Below, in pieces: positions 55,857-64,000 of a stretch of 64,000 bases of DNA. This DNA comes from Octopus vulgaris (Eukaryota): positions 5,890,001-5,954,000 of the forward strand of contig OX597839.1 in the NCBI GenBank assembly GCA_951406725.2, written 5' to 3'. Each line of letters starts with the position of its first letter. The first letter of the stretch is position 1. A model generated the notes under the pieces. The model ran no database searches and was not told the DNA's origin. It saw only the letters and a program-made list of their open reading frames with translations. Made by a program: the position numbers and the translations under genes.

Positions 55857-56241
55857 TCATCATCATTTAACGTCCGCTCTCCATACTAGCATGGGTTGGA
55901 CGATTTGACTGAGGTCTGGCGAATAAGACTCCAATCTGATCTGGCAGAGTTTCTACAGCTGGATGCCCTTCCTAATGCCAACCACTCCGAGAGTGTAGTG
56001 GGTGCTTTTACATGCCACCAGCATGAGGGCCAGTTTAGTGGTACTGGTAACGGCCATGCCCAAATGGTGCTTTTTATGTGCCACCTGAACAGGAGCCAGT
56101 CCAGCGGCACTGGCAATGACCTCGCTCAAATATTTCACATGCCACCAGCACAAGTGCTAGTAAGGCGACGCGGTAACGATCACACTTGAATGATGTGCTT
56201 AACGTGCCATCGGCTTGAAGGCCAGCTTCTTGCTCTGGCAA

Positions 56242-56245
<4 letters not shown>
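55855..56245 (-). mobile_element. SINE family T with internal degenerate ~55-bp repeats
   Basis: catcatcatttaacgtccg...gtagtgggtgcttttacatgcc, then repeated atgtgccacc..cagtccagcggcactggcaa-type units. Confidence 0.75.
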
Positions 56246-56281
<36 letters not shown>

Positions 56282-57346
56282 AATACACTCTGGAAGAGAT
56301 CTTCATTTCATAAGGTGTCGAAATTTGAAGTTCTGGTGGCACTTCCACATTGTGATTGCTACTGTCTCATTGAGCAACACTAAAGCAAGTCAGACTGCAT
56401 TATTCCACGGTTTGAATGGTAAGGAGGGTCTTGAGATGAAGGACTTATGATTGAATGTTGATGGCTAAATACTAGTCAGTTGATTCACTAGGCAGAGCCT
56501 CACATCAATAAAAAACTGTAAGGTGCCCTGAAAAGCAGTCAAATTGGTGTGCATTCTCTTCAGATGATCCCCAGAAATTTACTGGAATCTGGTATACAGA
56601 CATTTTGATTGCCAGCACTTGCACAAACAAGGGGTTCGCAAATCTCATTGCAGAGGGATGTGTGCAAAATTTCTTTTACTGTATGTTCGTTCTCTATTCA
56701 TTATCACCATTATTGTAATTTATTATTATTATAATTATTATTTCAAGACAAATGAGACAAAGAACCACAAATAAATGAATAATTATAACTGAAAACCAAT
56801 TATGGTGAAAATGAAATAAAACCAAAAACAAAATGAAATAAAATAAAAATAAAGCTAAAGCAAAGGAAAATAATAGCGGAAACAAAAAGATGATTAAACA
56901 AAATGAAATAAATTAAAAGAAAGAAAATGAAAGGAAAAAATAAAATAAAATATAATAATAATAATAATTTTTTATTAAATTATATATATATTTATATATA
57001 TTATCTATATATATATAAACCCAAATAGAAGCATTAAAAAAAATGGTACATATACATACGTACAAGCATATATACACATATGTATGCATATATAAAAATG
57101 TATCTTGCTATATATATGTATATATATACATGCACACACACACACACAAATATATACATACAGACATACATATATATATATAAGGAGGCAAATCTTGTTT
57201 TGTTGACATTGTCCTATCTTTTTTAGAATTGAGCATCAACACTGACAAATTCTTTGTAGAACTGACGAACTTTTGCATCAGTGGTATGCATTTTTATTGA
57301 TACATGATCGATCTTTCTTTTTAAAAATATATTTGTATTATTATTA

Positions 57347-57386
<40 letters not shown>

Positions 57387-57914
57387 TAACAATATTAGTA
57401 CCATTCTTAATCAATTAAATCCCCACCCTTCTCACTGCAATTCAGTGCTTGACCGATATAAGAGTTTATTTCATTTGCAACTTAGGGGTGGCCAGGTTAG
57501 GCAATGAATGAAAAACGTTGATGTCAGAGGGATTTAAAAAAAAGAACAAAATATGGGAATGTTTGAAGGGCAAAGAAGCTGAACAAGTAACACTGAAGCA
57601 TTTTATTATTTTTCCTCTACATTTTTCAGGCCCAACGGTTTACAAGGCCACAATTATTTCAACAGGTGTGTTGAACAGGAGAGGTGGCCACCAGAGTAGC
57701 CAATAATAAAGCACCTGACCCCTTTTAACTAACCCAGCACTTCACTAATACTTCTTTTGCTGACCCCTATCTTCCCCTTACTTCTCCCCTTCTCAAGGAG
57801 AAATGCTCAAATGCAGAGGTGACCTCCCCAGTGACATTGAGATTTGGGGCTGGGATTTGAACTCAAGGTTCAGCAACTGAGAACTAAAATGCTGCAACTT
57901 AATGAGTAATACAT

Positions 57915-58440
57915 TGGCTTCGAATTTTGGCACAAAGCCAGCAATTTTAGGGGAAGGGGCTTAGTTGATAACATCAACCCCTGTCTTCAACTGATACATT
58001 TTTTTTATCAGTGCCAAAAGAATGAAAAGCAAATTCGATCTCAATGGAATTTGAACTCAGAACGTATAGGCAGACAAAATGTCAATAAGCATTTTATCCA
58101 GTGAGCTAATGACTGTCAGCTCACAGCCTTAAGTGCCCCTAATCATTTTGCCCCGGGTGCTAACAATCCTGCCAACATGCCACCTTAACAAAGGTTATGA
58201 ACATTTTCTTTGGTGGGTTGGAGAGAGAAGGGGGTGATTCTATTAACTCCAGACTCTCTCTGGTATTTATTATTATTAATATTTTCTACTAAGGGCACAA
58301 GGCCTGAAATTTTATCGACCCCCGAAAGGATGAAAGGCAAAGTTGACCTTGGTGGAATTTGAACTCAGAACATAAATGCCGATGAAATGCCACTACGCAT
58401 TTTGCCTAACATACCACTGAATCTGTAGCTCACTGACTTA
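57915..58440 (-). mobile_element. Cluster of old family-M-related SINE relics
   Basis: tttggcacaaagccagcaatttt...ttgaactcagaacg; tcgacccccgaaaggatgaaaggcaaagttgacc. Confidence 0.75.
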
Positions 58441-58864
58441 TATGATAATAATAATAATTAGAATAATAATAATAATACAATTGATGCATACATGTGTGTA
58501 TGTGTGTGTGTGTGAGTATATACATATATATGAGTAGGTGGGGGAGTATGTATGTATTTGTGTGTGTGTGTGTAACTTCCTGTTGAATTCCAGTCCATAT
58601 AGACACATGGATAATACAGAAAAATCAATTTGCTAATTCAAAAAAAAAATAAATAGAAAATTGTTTGGTCTTTTTTGTTGTTGTTGTTGTTCATATCTTT
58701 TTTTTTTTGTTTGTCGCATATTTTTTTTTGTTTTGTTTTTGCTTCTGTAGTCACTTTGCAGCTTTGGCAATTGAAACCTCACCTCCTCTTCTCCACCTCC
58801 CCCCAAAAAACCAACAACCTTCTTGTCTGTGATACAAAACACACAACATGTATGCATTCCATAC

Positions 58865-58916
<52 letters not shown>

Positions 58917-59292
58917 TATATATATATATGCATACACACATACATATGCAGATAGCTCATAAGTAAATAGACATCCCTCATTGTACTGTTTTGTCTGTGT
59001 GAACAATACTACCAGTTGCTTTAAACTCGTTAATGAATTACAGGCAAGGCATGTCTCCTAGATACAAGATTAAGTATTTAAATACATCATATTACATATT
59101 ACATCATTTTGTTTTCTAGAAATGAACAAGTCAAAACCAATGGTGTCTATTTACTTTTGAAACGTCTGCATGAGAAAATATACATATATATATATATATA
59201 TTTATATATTATACAGATGCATACATACATATATATATATATTATACAAATGTATACATACATACATATGTGTATATATATATATATATATA

Positions 59293-59686
59293 ATGTATAT
59301 ATATATTTACATATACATATTATACAGATGCATACATATATACACACACACATACATATATAGGTATTCATATATACAAATATACACACATGTGTATATA
59401 TATTTACATATACATATTATACAGATGCATACATATATACACACACATATACATATATAGGTATTCATATATACAAATATACACACATGTATATATATAT
59501 TTACATATACATATTATACAGATGCATACATATATACACACACACATACATATATAGGTATTCATATATACAAATATACACACATGTATATATATATTTA
59601 CATATACATATTATACAGATGCATACATATATACACACACACATACATATATAGGTATTCATATATACAAATATACACACATGTAT
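59293..59686. repeat. Minisatellite, ~97-bp unit x4
   Basis: Anchor ggtattcatatatacaaatatacacac at 59363, 59460, 59557 and 59654. Confidence 0.9.
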
Positions 59687-61591
59687 CTATTATATTGTAG
59701 CGATGAGATTTACTCTCTGTTACTCCTCTGCTGTGAACCTCCGAGAATTAACAGAGACTAATTAATGTCAGAACTACAATAAATAATTATGTTCTCTACT
59801 TCTTTATTGGAAACTTCCTCCTCTTGTTTGTAAACTCAAAAAAAACACACACACACACACAAACATGTAATATGTGTGCTCATGTGAATATAACACCCAC
59901 TTTTTCAAAAAAAAAATAACCAAAACAAACAAACAAAAAAATATACAAAACACACACAAATACACATTAGTTTATATGTGTGTATGTTTGCACATCTGTA
60001 GAAATGTGTATACATATCTATACACACGTGTGTGTGTGTATGTATGTATGTATATGCGTGTGTGTGTGTGTTCATAATGTGACTATGAGTATAAACAGCT
60101 GTTTCGAGTTCCTTTTTTTTTTTTTTCACATCCGTCCCAACCCCGTATAAATTGTCAATCATTTCTGCTTTTTTGATGCAATAATACCAAATTCTTTGTA
60201 TTCCATCAGACAATTTCTTAAGCATTTGAGTAACAGCTGTAGTCCAAGTGGGTTTGATGTTGGAACTGAAAGGCTTACGGGGGAAGAAAAGTGGTGAGGG
60301 AGACTTTGGTAGAAGTTAGGGACCTGTAAGTTAGTTTCATGATATAAGAACAGATTCCGACACACATTGTTTTCTTTAACTGTTATTATTATTATTTTTA
60401 TATTATATAGATGGGGTGGTGGTGGTGGTGGTAGTGTTTATTGTGTTTAAAAAAAAAAAGGAGGGGTTCATTTTTAACGATTTTCATGGTGGTGATGGTG
60501 GTGGTAGTGGTGGTGGAAAGTTTAAATTTTCATTTGTGACTGGAATATATTCAAAATTTTCAGCCAAACTTTTGCAATTTCTTTTTGAGCCAGGGGGAGT
60601 GGTAGGGCAAGGTTGGAAGGGGATGAGTGCAAGTATTAGTAAATTGGTGTTGGTGGTGGGGAAAAAAATCATTTTTCGTTTGTTTTCAAATTTATCATTA
60701 AAAAATATTCATTTTTTTTTTCCAGAATTTCGGGTTTACTTCTTCATGTGTGTTTGTTTGTATATATACGTGAGTGTGTGTATACATTACATACATACAT
60801 ATATATGTATATGTGTATATATATATATATATATACATATGTGTATGTAGATTTTCTTCATATTATATTTCTTCTTGTGAATTCTTTTACAATTTCATTC
60901 CCTCCCCCTCCTTCCTTCCCTTATCCTTCCATCCACATTATTTTCCAAGAAATACAAAAAAAAAACAAAGAAAAAACAAACAAATAAAAAACAAATTGAG
61001 TAACAAATAAAAACAAACATACACATAACAAAAAATTAAAAAATAAAAACTCATTCATTTTCCCCACCCACACATTCTATCATCATTGTTTTTTTTATAT
61101 TTGTTGTGGTTTTAAGTATTTGTAGTCGTAGTAGTAGTAGTAGTAGTTGTAGTGATGGTGGTGGTAGTGGTGGCAGCAAGGGTGGTAGTGGTGGTGGTGC
61201 TTCTTTTTTTAAAGTCTTTTGTGAACAGTGGGGGGGGGGGTTAATCATTGTTTTTTGAAAAGGAAAAAAAATTCGTCTTATTGATGTTAACTTTCTTTTT
61301 GTATGTATATTTGTTTGTTTTTCATTCTTTTTGTTTCATTCATTCATTCATTCTCTCATTCTCCCATCTTTATTGACGTTGCTGTTCCTTGTTTTCATTT
61401 ATCGTTTATTTTTTTTTTGTTTTGGTACTTGTTGAAATTTTTTTCTTACTTTTCCTTACATTTCAAATTTTCAAAAAAAAAAATATATATATATATATTT
61501 ATATATATTCATGTAAAAGAAAAAATGGAAATGCGGGGGTGGGGGAAGGGAGTGTCTGAAATAAAAAAAAAAAAATTTAACCCCTAGAAAA

Positions 61592-61862
61592 CTATACGAG
61601 GAAACCTTCCGACATTTGGGCCCCATAGATTTGTGCTCGTAACATCTGTATGCTGTTCATTATTTTTTTTTGATGTCCCACCAAGTTCACATTTAAATCC
61701 ATTAGATCCTTCATTGAAATCCGTGCTACCTGTTCCATATTTATGTAACCGGAATTCACAAAGTTCGCAATGTACCGTTCCATCTTTATCGACATAAGCC
61801 AGTCTTCAATGCTTGTAAAGCTGGTAAGATCAGGAGCGTTTGGATCTATGAAATTGTGAGGC
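61592..61862 (-). CDS. Eph: Terminal coding exon of an Eph receptor tyrosine kinase (SAM domain + PDZ-binding motif)
   Basis: Translates (R)PHNFIDPNAPDLTSFTSIEDWLMSIKMERYIANFVNSGYINMEQVARISMKDLMDLNVNLVGHQKKIMNSIQMLRAQIYGAQMSEGFLV*. This has the Eph SAM signature (F.S..DWL..IKM.RY...F; GHQKKI..S) and a hydrophobic C-terminus. Acceptor actcttgtctttgcAG at 61864-61863 (phase 2); TAG stop at 61594-61592. Confidence 0.93.
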
Positions 61863-61974
61863 CTGCAAAGACAAGAGTAAAATAAAAGTAGATATAAATA
61901 GCATGAAAGAAATATAAGTATGCAAGACAAACAGACAGACAAACAGGGAGGAAAGGTTAACGAGAGGTTACGAA

Positions 61975-62147
61975 CAGGTGTGGCTATGTAGTAAGAAGCT
62001 TGCTTCTCAAACACATGGTTCCCAGGTTCCGTCCCACTGCATGGCAGCTTGGGCAAGTGTCTTCTACTATAGCCTCAGGCTGACCAAAGCCTTGTGAATG
62101 GATTTGGTAGATGGAAACTGAAAGAAGCCCATCATATATATATATGT
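61975..62147 (+). mobile_element. 5' half of a family G SINE in the Eph intron
   Basis: tggctatgtagtaagaagcttgct...ggttcccaggttccgtccc...ggaaactgaaagaagccc. Confidence 0.8.
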
Positions 62148-62600
62148 CTTGCAAACAACTTGCACATGCAAGTGCTACCAGTCAAAAGCTCCGTATACCA
62201 AATAGTGAATTTGAACCTGAAACCCTGCGCTTGCAAAGCGAGCTTCTTAACCATGTGGTCATAGTGTATTTGTTTTTAAAGTTTTGTAGTCAATAATGGG
62301 ACTTTGAGGAGTATTTAGCTGCTATTATGCAGGTTTTATTCCGCATCACAAAGTTTTTGTATATATTTCGATATATTTCTTAAGAAAAAATACCTTTGAC
62401 TTAGTTTATTTCATTTTATTGTAGTGTATAAACCAACTTTGGTCATTTGATTTATAGATAATCCAATATAGGGTGTTATATTTTGCATATCTTTTATCTG
62501 AAGTTTTTATTATTATGCTCTCAACAATTTAAAAAAAAAAAATGTTTGTATATACGTTGGGTCGTAGACATGTTTTTATGTGAATATTTGTATTGGCATG

Positions 62601-62631
<31 letters not shown>

Positions 62632-63427
62632 TGTGTGTGTGTGTTTGTGTGTGTGTTTGTTTGTGTTTGTGTGTGTGTGTTTGCGTATATATATGTATGC
62701 ATGTTATTGTATGTATGTATGTATATATATGTATGCATGTTATTGTATGTATGTATGTGTGTGTATATATATATATATGTATATAATGTATAAACTGAAA
62801 GAGAGAGTAAGAGCAATGAAAGAGGAGAAAGGGGTTAGACATTAAATATACTAAAAGAAAATTGCTGTCGTTTAATCCTTGTCATCATGATCTCATTATC
62901 TATGTCAAAAAAATCAACCATTCTCAGGCACACACACATGCACAAATTCATGCTTCCCACTCATACACACACTCATAGTTCACATACACACACATACATA
63001 TATTATACATACAGATGCACAGGCATGTACACACACATACACATATGTTCAGACTCACTGGCATATTATATGTGTATATGTATATGTACGTACACACACA
63101 CAAACACAAGCATCCCTATTACAACTTGTTGACAGTCAATCTCAACAGACTGGGTTCTTCCGAACAGGAAGTTGTATATTTTGTTTGTAGTCGATGCCAC
63201 TTGGATGGATGGAGGGGGAGAATGAGGAGGAAAATGAAGAGAAATCTGCTCAGTGCCTTCCTAAGCTGATCCTGACTTTAGGATAGGGTTTAAATCAGAG
63301 CAGTTAATACTGTGTTGATGATGTTCTTGTTGTTTAGCACCCTTGGTGGTCCTGCACCACCATGATCAAAAGAAAGCAAGCCATGGCCACCCTCTCTGAC
63401 TTTTAGGAATAGCATGACCCAGCTGTG

Positions 63428-63739
63428 TCGTGGAGGCACATGGCCTAGTGGTTAGAGCAGCTGACTCGTGGTCGAGGGATTGCAGGTTCGAATCTCAGAC
63501 CAGGTGATGTGTGTGTTTATGAGCGAAACACCTAAGCTCCACACGGCTCTGGCTGGAGGTAATGGCAAAACTTCTGCTGACTCTTTCGCCACAACTTTCT
63601 CTCACTCTTTCCTCCTGCATCTTGCAGCTCACCTGCGACGAACCGGCGTCGCGTCCAGGTGGGGAATCTATACGCCAAGAAACTGGGAAACCGGCCCTTA
63701 TGTACCACACATGGCTCGAGAAGGAACAAACAAACAACA
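63428..63739 (+). mobile_element. Family R1-related SINE (tail type C)
   Basis: R1-like head and core, a distinct tail ending (caaa/caa)n; 14-bp TSD ATGACCCAGCTGTG at 63414-63427 and 63740-63753. Confidence 0.9.
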
Positions 63740-64000
63740 ATGACCCAGCTGTGGCATGGCTATTTTAGGGTTTAGTCAAGCTAACCCTAAAACCAATTTT
63801 TTTAAGCCTGATATTCTTTTTTGGTCATCTTCCTATATTGGTCTACAGAGTGTCAGTGTGAGGAGACAATATCAATCACCCTTTTTTTTCTGCCACAATG
63901 AAGTCCCATTTTTTCTTTAGCATTCCCTTTTGACGAACTGATAATTAACACCAAATAAGCACCAGTTGTCAAGCAATTAGACACACACACAAATATATTT

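Larger units (their letters stand above)
61863..64000 (-). other. Last intron of Eph (partial; upstream exons lie beyond the window)
   Basis: Pyrimidine tract plus AG acceptor. No kinase-domain exon recognised up to the window end; filled with SINEs and microsatellites. Confidence 0.8.

Noticed and set aside
56285-56335. ctggaaga...gtcgaaa Penelope-like motif
   Set aside because: Core and stems too decayed to call a ribozyme.
59293-59686. Regularly spaced repeats resembling a CRISPR array
   Set aside because: Units are contiguous with no unique spacers, and the context is eukaryotic.
61863-62056. N-terminal 64 aa of ORF 61592..62056
   Set aside because: Lies upstream of the splice acceptor and starts inside a SINE; intronic read-through.

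Overview
AT-rich, microsatellite-dense animal genomic DNA. The SINE and microsatellite repertoire suggests an octopus (inference). The only supportable protein-coding feature is the last coding exon of an Eph receptor tyrosine kinase on the minus strand (61862-61592: SAM domain plus C-terminal -GFLV PDZ-binding motif); the gene continues beyond the right edge. Bases 1 to ~23.4 kb are densely packed with transposons: several SINE families with TSDs, CR1 and RTE LINE ends, a decayed mariner, a Penelope GIY-YIG fragment, Helitrons and four GG..CC MITEs. From ~23.4 kb to the Eph stop the composition changes abruptly, consistent with (not proof of) a very long (~38 kb) Eph 3' UTR. Notable observations: (1) several type I hammerhead-ribozyme-like motifs of the Penelope type, one with an intact core in the Eph sense orientation (54099-54193); (2) two long hairpins whose mismatches become G-U pairs only on the Eph strand; (3) at least 15 old SINE relics all co-oriented with Eph; (4) several readable insertion or repair scars. 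Most ORFs in the supplied track are microsatellite artefacts. All coordinates were read by eye; repeat boundaries without TSDs are approximate.
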